Assembly (NCBI GenBank): GCA_963716175.1
Contig: OY970296.1
Span: 1,760,001 to 1,824,000, forward strand
Length of the DNA stretch: 64,000 bases
Direction: 5' to 3'
Source: an uncultured Armatimonadetes bacterium
Lineage (GTDB): Bacteria; Armatimonadota; Hebobacteria; Hebobacterales; Hebobacteraceae
In this document: piece after piece, positions 9,898 to 18,842 of the stretch
How the letters are laid out: every line of letters begins with the position of its first letter
How positions within the stretch are numbered: position 1 is the stretch's first letter
Position numbers and translations under genes: made by a program
Notes under the pieces: model-generated
What the model saw: only the letters and a program-made list of their open reading frames with translations
Database searches by the model: none
Told to the model about the DNA's origin: nothing

Positions 9898-10848
9898 GTG
9901 GATAAGGCGACTTGGACGGCCGAGCGGGCGCAGGCGATAATCCGGGAGATCGAGACCGTGATCGTGGGGAAGCACCAGCCAGTGGAGCTGGTGGCGATCG
10001 GTCTGTTGTGCAACGGGCATGTGCTGATCGAGGACATCCCCGGCGTGGGGAAGACGATGCTGGCCAAGGCGCTGGCGGGAGCCCTGGGCGCCACCTATCG
10101 GCGGGTCCAGTTCACTCCGGATCTGCTGCCCGCAGACATCACCGGCACCTCGATCTTCAACCAGAAGACGGCGGAGTTCGTGTTCCGGGAGGGGCCCATC
10201 TTCACCAATGTGCTGCTGGCAGATGAGATCAACCGCGCCACCCCGAAGACGCAGTCGAGCTTGCTGGAGTGTATGGAGGAGTTCCAGGTGACGGTGGACG
10301 GGGCCACTCACGTGCTGGCGCGGCCCTTTCTCGTGATCGCTACGGAGAACCCCATCGAGTACCGGGGGACCTATCCTCTGCCAGAGGCCCAGCTGGATCG
10401 CTTTCTGATGCGTATCCACATGGGCTACCCAAGTCCGCAGGATGAGGTCACGGTGCTGGATCGGCAGATGAAGCGACACCCGATCTACTCGGTGAAGCCG
10501 GTGGTGAAGACCGAAGAAGTGCTGGAGATGCAGGAGCACGTGAAGGACGTCCACATAGACGCCTCGCTGAAGCAGTACCTGGTGGACCTGGTGTGGGCGA
10601 CGCGAGAGCACCCGCTGCTGGCCCTGGGGGCGAGCCCGCGGGCCTCGCTGGGGCTGCTGCACGCGGGGCAGGCGAGGGCGGCGCTGCAAGGCCGGGAGTA
10701 CGTGTTGCCTGATGACATCAAAGCGGTGGCGCCGGCGGTGCTCTGTCACCGGATCTTCCTGAAGCCAGAGGCGCGAGTGCGCCACACCGATGCCTCGCAG
10801 GTCGTGTCCGAGGTGCTGGATCAGGTGCCGGTTCCGGCGGTGCAGTGA
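9898..10848 (+). CDS. MoxR-family AAA+ ATPase
   Basis: GHVLIEDIPGVGKT, VQFTPDLLPADITG, DEINRATPKTQSSLLE, YPLPEAQLDRF. Confidence 0.93.
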   Translation: MDKATWTAERAQAIIREIETVIVGKHQPVELVAIGLLCNGHVLIEDIPGVGKTMLAKALAGALGATYRRVQFTPDLLPADITGTSIFNQKTAEFVFREGPIFTNVLLADEINRATPKTQSSLLECMEEFQVTVDGATHVLARPFLVIATENPIEYRGTYPLPEAQLDRFLMRIHMGYPSPQDEVTVLDRQMKRHPIYSVKPVVKTEEVLEMQEHVKDVHIDASLKQYLVDLVWATREHPLLALGASPRASLGLLHAGQARAALQGREYVLPDDIKAVAPAVLCHRIFLKPEARVRHTDASQVVSEVLDQVPVPAVQ

Positions 10849-10867
10849 GCGCGGCCGGGCAGCCCAG

Positions 10868-11521
10868 ATGCAAGACCCGCTAACCAGGATCGTGGTCAGC
10901 CTGCCGGCTTTCCTGCTGGCGATCGTGCTGCACGAGCTGGCCCATGGTTATGTGGCCTACCTGCTGGGCGATGATACGGCGAAGCGGGCGGGGCGGCTGA
11001 CCATCTCGCCGCTAGCTCACCTGGATCCGGTGGGTACCCTCTTCTTCCTGCTGTCGAGCTGGTTCGGCTTCGGGTTTGGGTGGGCGAAGCCGGTGCCAGT
11101 GACGATGCAGCGCCTGCGCAACCCCTGGCGGGACGAGGTGCTGGTGACACTGGCGGGGCCGGGGGCTAACCTGGTGCAGGCGGTGGTCTGGGCCCTACTG
11201 GTGCGGCTGGTGCTCTCACCCGGGGTGGCCCACGCGCTGGGGGGCAGTCTGACCGAGGCCTTGAGCCTGTTCTGCCTGTTCGGAGCGGCGCTGAACGTGG
11301 TGCTGATGGTGTTCAATCTGCTGCCGATCCCGCCGCTGGATGGATCGCACGTGGCGCTGCGGCTGCTGGGGTCGCGCGACCCCTACCTGGTCGGGCGGTT
11401 GGCCCCGCTGGGGTTCATTGTGCTCTTTCTGCTGGTGAGCACACGCGCTTTCGGGCTGCTGCTGGTGCTGGTGGTGGGCCCGCTGGTGAGCCGATTGGTC
11501 GGTTTCCCGGTCAGCCTGTGA
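10868..11521 (+). CDS. Site-2 protease family (peptidase M50)
   Basis: HELAHG and FNLLPIPPLDG motifs with TM segments. Confidence 0.92.
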   Translation: MQDPLTRIVVSLPAFLLAIVLHELAHGYVAYLLGDDTAKRAGRLTISPLAHLDPVGTLFFLLSSWFGFGFGWAKPVPVTMQRLRNPWRDEVLVTLAGPGANLVQAVVWALLVRLVLSPGVAHALGGSLTEALSLFCLFGAALNVVLMVFNLLPIPPLDGSHVALRLLGSRDPYLVGRLAPLGFIVLFLLVSTRAFGLLLVLVVGPLVSRLVGFPVSL

Positions 11522-11546
11522 GCGGCCCGGGAGCGCACGGGTCGGC

Positions 11547-11574
11547 TTGACCAAACTCGGCTGGCGGGTATACT
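11547..11574 (+). promoter_or_regulatory. Sigma70-type promoter for tRNA-Gly
   Basis: TTGACC-N16-TATACT just upstream of the tRNA. Confidence 0.6.
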
Positions 11575-11591
11575 TGAAGGAGGCTGGGAGC

Positions 11592-11667
11592 GCGGGGATA
11601 GCTCAGTTGGTAGAGCGCTAGCCTTCCAAGCTGGATGTCGCGGGTTCGAGTCCCGTTCCCCGCTCCA
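11592..11667 (+). tRNA. tRNA-Gly (TCC)
   Basis: Cloverleaf GCGGGGA...TCCCCGC-T-CCA, anticodon loop CTTCCAA, GGTTCGAGTCC T-arm. Confidence 0.96.
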
Positions 11668-11705
11668 GCATATGGCGAGAGTCTGGAATAGGAGGTCGAG
11701 CACTC

Positions 11706-12287
11706 ATGGGACCTGGTGAGAAGAAGGTGGCGATTGCTCTGGTGGTGGTGCTGGCGGCGCTGGTGGCGGTGTACGTGCTGGTGCCAAACCTGGGGGTGAA
11801 GCCCAGCGACATGCCCATGGGCCCTGGCATGGCGGCCGCGCGTGGTGGGGGTCAGGGGCCGGGCGCAGCGGGGGCTAAGGCCTCGGGCGCCAAGGGCGCG
11901 GCGACGCAAGACGCAGGCTGCGCGACCGGCGGAGGCGGCGGCAACTACGTCAAGACCCAGGAGTTCGGCAAGGCGGGCGCGAAGCTCGAGATCATCGCCC
12001 TGCTGCCGATCACTCATGGCTGCCACACCGCGACCGAGGGGGAGCTGAAGAAGATCCAGCAGAAGCACCCGGATCAGATCCATCTTACCATCGTTGACCT
12101 GTTCGGGCCGGATGCAGCCAAGTACAAGGAGAAGGTGGGTGGCGGCACTCGCACCCTGGTGGCCATCAACGGCAAGACCAGCTTCACCCTGGACGGGCGC
12201 AGCGTGCAGTTGGAGCGACAGGAAGGCATGAGCTACAAGCCGGCCGACCTGGAGCCCCTTGTGGAACAACAGCTCAAGGCGAGCTGA
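11706..12287 (+). CDS. Membrane-anchored hypothetical protein, possible thioredoxin-like C-terminal domain
   Basis: AGGAGGT SD, N-terminal TM, Gly/Ala linker, LEIIALLPITHGCH segment. Confidence 0.7.
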   Translation: MGPGEKKVAIALVVVLAALVAVYVLVPNLGVKPSDMPMGPGMAAARGGGQGPGAAGAKASGAKGAATQDAGCATGGGGGNYVKTQEFGKAGAKLEIIALLPITHGCHTATEGELKKIQQKHPDQIHLTIVDLFGPDAAKYKEKVGGGTRTLVAINGKTSFTLDGRSVQLERQEGMSYKPADLEPLVEQQLKAS

Positions 12288-12340
12288 CCGTCGGGCGAAG
12301 CCGAAGATAGCACAAGCTGACAGCACTGGCTGGGGTCTGC

Positions 12341-12417
12341 GCGCCCGTAGCTCAGATGGATAGAGCGGCTGCCTTCTAAGCAGCGGGTCGCAGGTTCGAA
12401 TCCTGCCGGGCGTACCA
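12341..12417 (+). tRNA. tRNA-Arg (TCT)
   Basis: GCGCCCG...CGGGCGT-A-CCA, anticodon loop CTTCTAA, GGTTCGAATCC. Confidence 0.96.
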
Positions 12418-12455
12418 GAGAGTGGAAAAGCGAGGCTAAGCCTCGCTTTTTCGCG
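12397..12455 (+). repeat. att-like 59-bp direct repeat, left copy (tRNA-Arg 3' end + terminator)
   Basis: Matches 13253-13311 with 2 mismatches. Confidence 0.92.
12426..12451 (+). terminator. Intrinsic terminator after tRNA-Arg (bidirectional appearance)
   Basis: AAAAGCGAGGC-TAA-GCCTCGCTTTTT. Confidence 0.85.
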
Positions 12456-12509
12456 TTTGCGACACCGGGAATTGACACGCGTGGTATAATCTGTGTGGAG
12501 GGACAGGGA

Positions 12510-12788
12510 ATGGCCGATTGCGCCGAGACAATAGGTATCGAAGCTCTGCGCGAGGAGCTCGTCTTCTATGAGTCAAAGAAGGCAGAGTGGCTGCTGGCCC
12601 ACGAAGGCAAGTTCGTGCTTATCAAAGGCAGCAAGCTTCTCGGGGTCTTCGAGACCCAGGAGCAAGCTTACTCGGAGGGCCTGCAGCAGCTCGGCAACAC
12701 CCCGTTCCTGATCAAGCAGGTAATGAAGGAAGAGCCGGTCCAGAGCATTCCAGCCCTACATTTCGGACTGATCCGTGCCCGTTCTTAG
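12510..12788 (+). CDS. Small protein, DUF5678-like (putative antitoxin/partner)
   Basis: ELVFYESKKAEWLLAHEGKFVLIKGSKLLGVFET...LGNTPFLIKQV; overlaps the protease gene. Confidence 0.7.
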   Translation: MADCAETIGIEALREELVFYESKKAEWLLAHEGKFVLIKGSKLLGVFETQEQAYSEGLQQLGNTPFLIKQVMKEEPVQSIPALHFGLIRARS

Positions 12789-13239
12789 CGTACACTTTCA
12801 GGCTCAGCTTCAGCCAAGTGTGCTTCTCGCCCGGGAAGGACCGAAGGTCCCTGTCGAACTACGCGTGCCCAAAGAGCTTGAGGAACTCCTCACTCGGCAG
12901 GGCAAGCCAGTACCGCAGCCGGTGAGTGGACTAGGGCTGATTGACACTGGTGCCACCCTGAGCATGGTGGACCGAGGGGCGATCAACCATCTCTGTGTGG
13001 AGCCCGTGGGTTCTGTGAAATTGGTGGGTATTGGTGGCGCGACCGAATCCCCGCTCTATCCTGTCAGGCTCTCAATAGTCCTGCCACCCAACCCGCCGCT
13101 TGTGTCCGGTCAGTTCGCCAATATCACTGCCGGGCCACTGAAAGAGCAAGGGCTGCTCTGCCTCCTCGGACGGGATGTTCTGCAGCACGCGCTGTTCGTC
13201 TATGATGGCGGCGGCGGACACGTTTCTGTCGCCTTCTGA
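12775..13239 (+). CDS. Retropepsin-like (clan AA) aspartic protease
   Basis: GLIDTGAT catalytic motif and LLGRDVL motif. Confidence 0.85.
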   Translation: MPVLSVHFQAQLQPSVLLAREGPKVPVELRVPKELEELLTRQGKPVPQPVSGLGLIDTGATLSMVDRGAINHLCVEPVGSVKLVGIGGATESPLYPVRLSIVLPPNPPLVSGQFANITAGPLKEQGLLCLLGRDVLQHALFVYDGGGGHVSVAF

Positions 13240-13252
13240 GGCCATGTGAGCC

Positions 13253-13311
13253 CGAATCCTGCCGGGCGTACTAGGGAGTGGAAAAGCGAGGCTAAGCCTC
13301 GCTTTTTCGCG
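13253..13311 (+). repeat. att-like 59-bp direct repeat, right copy
   Basis: CGAATCCTGCCGGGCGTACTAGGGAGTGGAAAAGCGAGGCTAAGCCTCGCTTTTTCGCG. Confidence 0.92.
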
Positions 13312-13339
13312 CTGGTGAGATGAATGGAGGGAGGTCTCA

Positions 13340-14503
13340 TTGGCCGCCTTGTCCTCGCGCGAGCGCCTGCTGACGACGATCAACCACGCGGAGCCCGACC
13401 GCGTGCCTTTCATGTTCCACCTGTTCGAGTACGAGCAGGGGGATCTTCCGCCTCGCCTCCGCCACCGAAACCAGGTGGAGCGGGCGGAGCGGTTGCTAGC
13501 GATGGGGTTGGATGACACCTTGCGGTTCGAACCGCCCTGGCGAATGCATCCCGAGGTGCGCACCCGGGTGTGGAAGGAGCGGCCGGCGGGCGCGCCCTAT
13601 CCGCTGCTGCACAAGGTCTACGAGACGCCAAAGGGCCCGCTGATGCAGGTTGTGAAGCAGACCGAGGACTGGCCCCACGGCGACGACGTGGAGGTGTTCT
13701 CCGACCACAACGTCCCCCGCTCCACGCGTTTCCTGGTGGAGACCGAAGAGGACCTGGAGCGGCTTCCCTTTATCCTGGGAGCGCCCTCCGACGACCACGT
13801 GCGCGCTTTCCGAGAACAGGCGCAGAAGCTGAAGCAGGCCGCGGACAGGCTGGGAGTGGCGGTGGAGGGGCACTGCGGCAGCGGTGCGGACAGCGCCATG
13901 TGGCTGTGCGGCGTGGAGAACTTCATCGTCGCCTGCCAGGAGCGACCCGCCTTCGCGCACCGGGTGTTGCGAGCGATCCAGGATTGGGAAATGTCGCGAC
14001 TCGAGCTCCTGCTAGAAGCAGGGGTCTGCGACATCATCGTGCGCCGCGCCTGGTACGAGGCGCCGGCCTTCTTCTCGCCCAGGATGTTCCGGCAGTTCCT
14101 GTTGGATAACGTGAAGCAGGAAGCAGACCTGGTGCACCAGGCGGGAGCGAAGTTCGAGTACATCCAGACGGTGGGCCCTCAGCATCTGATCCAGGAGTTC
14201 CTGGCCTCGGACATGGATATCCTGTGGGGAGTTGATCCGGTGCAGGGAGGGGCCGACCTGACGCGCCTGAAACGAGAGTGCGGGGACCGCATCTGCTTCG
14301 TCGGCGGAATCAACTCCTTCGTCACCCTGGGGCATGGGAGCCGAGACGAAATCCGGGAGGCGGTGAAACAGGCCATCGCGATCCTGGCGCCGGGCGGGGG
14401 GTTCGTGCTGCTGCCCGTGGACTCCCTCATGCAGGGCATCCCCTGGTCGCAGGTGGAGTGGGCGATCGAGGCCTGGCGGGAGTGGGGCGAGTACGCCTTG
14501 TAG
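13340..14503 (+). CDS. Uroporphyrinogen decarboxylase (URO-D/MtaA-like) family protein
   Basis: SSRERLLTTINHAEPDRVP N-terminus; GDRICFVGGIN...LAPGGGFVL C-terminus. Confidence 0.85.
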   Translation: MAALSSRERLLTTINHAEPDRVPFMFHLFEYEQGDLPPRLRHRNQVERAERLLAMGLDDTLRFEPPWRMHPEVRTRVWKERPAGAPYPLLHKVYETPKGPLMQVVKQTEDWPHGDDVEVFSDHNVPRSTRFLVETEEDLERLPFILGAPSDDHVRAFREQAQKLKQAADRLGVAVEGHCGSGADSAMWLCGVENFIVACQERPAFAHRVLRAIQDWEMSRLELLLEAGVCDIIVRRAWYEAPAFFSPRMFRQFLLDNVKQEADLVHQAGAKFEYIQTVGPQHLIQEFLASDMDILWGVDPVQGGADLTRLKRECGDRICFVGGINSFVTLGHGSRDEIREAVKQAIAILAPGGGFVLLPVDSLMQGIPWSQVEWAIEAWREWGEYAL

Positions 14504-14568
14504 GGCGGGAATGTCCAGGTCGGCTATGGCGACCTGGCAGGCCGGCCGCTGGCGTCGGCGCTCGCGCC

Positions 14569-14597
14569 TTGACTCGCGCTCGCCGGCGCGGTAGCAT
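14569..14597 (+). promoter_or_regulatory. Sigma70-type promoter for tRNA-His
   Basis: TTGACT-N17-TAGCAT. Confidence 0.65.
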
Positions 14598-14618
14598 TCC
14601 GGTGTTGGTCCTGCGCGC

Positions 14619-14694
14619 GGTGAACGTAGCTCAATGGTAGAGCGCCGGACTGTGGATCCGGTGGTTGGGGGTTCAAATCCCCTCGTTCACCCCA
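14619..14694 (+). tRNA. tRNA-His (GTG)
   Basis: G-1 plus GTGAACG...CGTTCAC-C-CCA, anticodon loop CTGTGGA. Confidence 0.95.
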
Positions 14695-15504
14695 TTCTCT
14701 TGGCCGGGATAGCCGGCCCGCTTGGGGCCCAGGTCGGGGGTAAAGGCTGGAGGCGGAGCCTGGGTGCGGTGGTTGGGGGTGGCTAAGCCCAACGGGCCGC
14801 CATGGCGGTCGCCGCTGCCCGGCGACCTAGCCATTCAAATCCCCTCGTTCACCCCATTCTCTTGGCCGGGATAGCCGGCCCGCTTGGGGCCCAGGTCGGG
14901 GGTAAAGGCTGGAGGCGGAGCCTGGGTGCGGTGGTTGGGGGTGGCTAAGCCCAACGGGCCGCCATGGCGGTCGCCGCTGCCCGGCGACCTAGCCATTCAA
15001 ATCCCCTCGTTCACCCCATTCTCCTGGCCGGGATAGCCGGCCCGCTTGGGGCCCAGGTCGGGGGTAAAGGCTGGAGGCGGAGCCTGGGTGCGGTGGTTGG
15101 GGGTGGCTAAGCCCAACGGGCCGCCATGGCGGTCGCCGCTGCCCGGCGACCTAGCCATTCAAATCCCCTCGTTCACCCCATTCTCCTGGCCGGGATAGCC
15201 GGCCCGCTTGGGGCCCAGGTCGGGGGTAAAGGCTGGAGGCGGAGCCTGGGTGCGGTGGTTGGGGGTGGCTAAGCCCAACGGGCCGCCATGGCGGTCGCCG
15301 CTGCCCGGCGACCTAGCCATTCAAATCCCCTCGTTCACCCCATTCTCTTGGCCGGGATAGCCGGCCCGCTTGGGGCCCAGGTCGGGGGTAAAGGCTGGAG
15401 GCGGAGCCTGGGTGCGGTGGTTGGGGGTGGCTAAGCCCGACGGGCCGCCATGGCGGTCGCCGCTGCCCGGCGACCTAGCCATTCAAATCCCCTCGTTCAC
15501 CCCA
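14695..15504 (+). repeat. Five tandem 162-bp tRNA-His-linked repeats
   Basis: Units end at 14856, 15018, 15180, 15342 and 15504, each with TTCAAATCCCCTCGTTCACCCCA; about two variable positions in total. Confidence 0.97.
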
Positions 15505-15519
15505 TTCCTTGTTGCTCCT

Positions 15520-15545
15520 GTGGGGCGGGCATAGCTACGCCCGCC
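15520..15545. repeat. REP-like palindrome
   Basis: GTGGGGCGGGCATAGCTACGCCCGCC. Confidence 0.6.
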
Positions 15546-15629
15546 ATGGCCTGTCTGCAGGAACCGCCTTTCGCCGAGCAGAACCAGGCGCGACCCTTGA
15601 CTTCGGCCCAGCGACGCAGGAGGGACTAG

Positions 15630-17144
15630 GTGAGGAACCAGCTTTTCGCCCGCAAGCCCATCAGCCTGCTGCTGTCGGAGATGGAGGGCGCGCATCGCCT
15701 GCGCCGCGTGCTGGGGCCGATTTCGCTGACCAGCCTGGGCATTGGCTGCGTGATCGGCGCCGGCATCTTCGTCATCACCGGCATTGCCGCGCACGACAAG
15801 GCTGGCCCCTCCCTCATCCTGTCCTTCGTGGTGGCCGGCCTGGCCTGCATCTTCGCCGCGCTCTGCTATGCCGAGTTTGCCTCCATGGTGCCGGTGGCGG
15901 GATCGGCCTATACCTATGCCTATGCCACGCTGGGCGAGCTGTTCGCCTGGATCATCGGCTGGGACCTGATCCTGGAGTACGCGGTGGGAGCGGCGTCCGT
16001 GGCGCATGGCTGGTCGAAGTACTTCCAGAACTTCATCGCCTTGCTCCACATCAACCTGCCCATGGCGCTGAGCACGGCGCCCTTCGACTTCGATCCCGCG
16101 GTGGGCCGCATCCTGGTGACTGGGTCGGTCCTGGACTTGCCTGCGATTGCAGTGGCGGCGATCGTGACTGTTGTGCTGGTGGTCGGCATCCGCGAGAGCG
16201 CCACCTTCAACAACATCATGGTGATGGTGAAGGTGGGGGTGGTGCTGATGGTGATCGCGGTGGGCGCTTTCTATGTGGACCCGCGCAACTGGCACCCATT
16301 CGCGCCCTTCGGGCTCAGCGGCATCAGCATCTTCGGACATACCCTGCTGGGGCAGACGGGAAAGGGGGGTGAGCCCCTGGGCATGCTGGCCGGCGCGGCC
16401 GTGATCTTCTTCGCCTACATCGGGTTCGACTCCGTGTCCACGCATGCGGAGGAGGCCCGCAACCCCCAGCGCGATGTCCCTATCGGGATCATCGCATCGC
16501 TGGTGATCTGCACCGTGCTCTACATCGCAGTCGCGGCCGTGCTCACCGGGATGGTCCCTTCTGATCGGATCAGCGTCGAAGCCCCGGTAGCAGACGCGTT
16601 TCAGCAGCTCGGGCTGACCTGGGCGCGGGCGATCGTCTCGGCGGGGGCGGTCGCCGGCATCACCTCAGTGCTCCTGGTGCTGATGCTCAGCCAGCCGCGG
16701 GTGTGGCTGGCGATGGCTCGCGATGGGCTGGTGCCGCCGGGGTTCTTCGGCGCGGTGCATCCCAGATTTCGCACACCGTGGAAAGCGACCATCCTCACCG
16801 GCATCTTCGTGGGGGCGATGGCGGGCTTCGTGCCGCTCAGGATTCTGGCAGAGCTGGTGAACATCGGGACCCTGCTGGCCTTCGTGATGGTGTGCTCGGC
16901 CGTGCTGATCATGCGCCGGACCAACCCGGAGGCGAAGCGGCCCTTCCGGGCGCCGTTGGTGCCCTTGGTGCCGGTCCTGGGGATTCTGCTCTGTGTGCTG
17001 CTGATGTTCTCGCTGCCAGCGGAGAACTGGCTGCGGCTGGTGGTCTGGCTGGTGATCGGGTTCTGCGTCTATTTCGGATACGGCCGGCATCACAGCGTGA
17101 TGGCGCGGTACGCGGCCCCGGAGCAGGCCCTGCCTACTCAGTAG
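15630..17144 (+). CDS. APC-family amino acid permease
   Basis: GIGCVIGAGIFV, CYAEFASMVPVAGSAYTY, FFAYIGFDSVST. Confidence 0.95.
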   Translation: MRNQLFARKPISLLLSEMEGAHRLRRVLGPISLTSLGIGCVIGAGIFVITGIAAHDKAGPSLILSFVVAGLACIFAALCYAEFASMVPVAGSAYTYAYATLGELFAWIIGWDLILEYAVGAASVAHGWSKYFQNFIALLHINLPMALSTAPFDFDPAVGRILVTGSVLDLPAIAVAAIVTVVLVVGIRESATFNNIMVMVKVGVVLMVIAVGAFYVDPRNWHPFAPFGLSGISIFGHTLLGQTGKGGEPLGMLAGAAVIFFAYIGFDSVSTHAEEARNPQRDVPIGIIASLVICTVLYIAVAAVLTGMVPSDRISVEAPVADAFQQLGLTWARAIVSAGAVAGITSVLLVLMLSQPRVWLAMARDGLVPPGFFGAVHPRFRTPWKATILTGIFVGAMAGFVPLRILAELVNIGTLLAFVMVCSAVLIMRRTNPEAKRPFRAPLVPLVPVLGILLCVLLMFSLPAENWLRLVVWLVIGFCVYFGYGRHHSVMARYAAPEQALPTQ

Positions 17145-17218
17145 CGGGGCGAGCGACACGCTCCTGCCGTGCCGGCTCTACCTCCGCTGGCAAGCGATAA
17201 GAGGATCGGGATTGCGGC

Positions 17219-17818
17219 ATGACCTGGGACTTGGCTTCTCACCAACGGCGATCGCTCCGGTTAGCAGGCTATGACTACCGACGACCAGGGGTTTACTACT
17301 TGACTATCTGCGCGGCCGATCGAGCGTGTACGTTCGGGCGTATGGATGGAGGCAAAGTGAGGGTAAGCTCGGTCGGGAAGATGGTGGCCGAGGAATGGGT
17401 GCGATCATGCGAAGTGCGGCCGGAAATGGCACTCGATGACTGGGTACTGATGCCCAACCACCTTCATGGAATCGTCACCATCACCGCGGGGGCGCATCGC
17501 CATGCGCCCCTACCTCTGGGCCTGCGGTGGCCGGAGGGTAAGCTGCCATTTGACTCCGCGCCCTTGCACAGGCCCTCCCGTTCTCTGGGCTCCTTCGTGG
17601 CAGGGTTCAAAGGCGCCGTCACCCGCCGTGTGATCGCGATGAAGGGCTCACAGATCACACCGGTATGGCAACGCGGGTACTACGAACATGTCGTTCGTGA
17701 TGAGGACGACCTCGAACGCGTCCGGGAGTACATCCGCGAGAACCCGCGCCGATGGGCAGAGGATACCGAGAATCCCGAAAGTAGGGGCGCATGGCAATGC
17801 GCCCGATCACTCAGATGA
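17219..17818 (+). mobile_element. REP-associated tyrosine transposase (RAYT, Y1/HUH family)
   Basis: RRSLRLAGYDY...YYLTIC, MPNHLHGIV (HUH), WQRGYYEHVVR...YIRENP; REPs at 17488-17513 and 17781-17804. Confidence 0.92.
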
Positions 17819-17866
17819 CGTAGGCAGGCCGCAGAACCGCACCAGCGCGGGTGGATGGCGCCGACT

Positions 17867-18724
17867 TTACAGAGTAGCCTCCACCGCCCTCAGGTAGTCT
17901 ATCCCTTCCCTGAGCTTCTGCTCCACCGGCAGCTCGCGGAAGTCCTCGATGCTGACGAAGCCGGTGTAGCCCAGGGCTTTGAGCTTCCTGAGCATGCGCG
18001 GAAAGCTGTACAGCCCCTCGCCCATGGGTACGCCGGGCCATTCCCACTCCACCGTTCCCACCGCGTCCTTGCCTTTCTCGACGGGCCGATGGCCGCCGGC
18101 GTGGACGTGCCCGACATAGGGGCCCAGCAGCTCGAGCGCCAGTTCGGTGGTCTCATACCCATCTGTCACCATGTTCTGGGGGTCGTAGATGACACAGATG
18201 CGCTCGGGCGGCCAGTGGGACACGATGCGATGGGCGAGGGAGGCACTGGGATGGATAGTGCCCCCATGAATCTCCAGCGCCGCCTTCACCTGGTACCCGG
18301 CAATCGCGTCTAGCATCTTGCCGAAGGCCTCCACCGCCTCCTGGTAGAGAACGTGGTAGTCCACTGAGCCATGGTAGCGCCGCGGACATCCGACGCGGAT
18401 GAACGGCGCGCCGCAAGCCCGCGCCCCTTCCGCCAGCAGCTTCACTTGCTCGATGTCGTCTGCCCCCGGGTTGCTGGCGAGGCCGGCAATGGCCAGCCCG
18501 TGGTCGGCCGCCACCTGTTTCATGCGGCCGGCGCTGGCGGCGAAGTTCTCGGGCGTCAAGTCGTTCTTATGCGCGCCCCACTCGCTGAAGGGCTGGCGCC
18601 GCGTCTCCTCCGAGACTCGCCTCACCCGCCACTCCACGCCGTCGTAGCCCAAGCGCTGGAGAAGGGCGGCCTGCTCCTCCATGGTGACTTGAGGAAGCAT
18701 GACACTGGTAGCGCTGTAACGCAT
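17867..18724 (-). CDS. Sugar phosphate isomerase/epimerase (xylose-isomerase-like TIM barrel)
   Basis: LGYDGVEWR, LEIH, YDPQN, HVH, GYTGFVSIE. Confidence 0.88.
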   Translation of the reverse strand: MRYSATSVMLPQVTMEEQAALLQRLGYDGVEWRVRRVSEETRRQPFSEWGAHKNDLTPENFAASAGRMKQVAADHGLAIAGLASNPGADDIEQVKLLAEGARACGAPFIRVGCPRRYHGSVDYHVLYQEAVEAFGKMLDAIAGYQVKAALEIHGGTIHPSASLAHRIVSHWPPERICVIYDPQNMVTDGYETTELALELLGPYVGHVHAGGHRPVEKGKDAVGTVEWEWPGVPMGEGLYSFPRMLRKLKALGYTGFVSIEDFRELPVEQKLREGIDYLRAVEATL

Positions 18725-18796
18725 TCTCGCCTCCTGTGGAAACCAGGTGGGCCTGTACCACCAGGCGCCGGAATCTCCTGCCAGGCGAAGAGGCGC

Positions 18797-18823
18797 GTAG
18801 CACGAATCAGGGAATCATGTTAC
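18797..18823. promoter_or_regulatory. Candidate NikR-like operator
   Basis: Imperfect inverted repeat GTAGCAC-N13-ATGTTAC about 20 bp before cbiM. Confidence 0.45.
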
Positions 18824-18842
18824 GTGTAGGCAGGACAGGATC

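Noticed and set aside
12472-12490. TTGACA and TATAAT as a canonical -35/-10 pair
   Set aside because: The spacer is only 7 bp; only the extended -10 is retained as plausible.
14695-15504. Possible CRISPR array
   Set aside because: The whole 162-bp units are near-identical with no unique spacers, no cas genes are in the window, and the repeat derives from tRNA-His.
14695-15504. Five extra or intron-containing tRNA-His genes
   Set aside because: The units lack the 5' acceptor strand, D-arm and anticodon loop.
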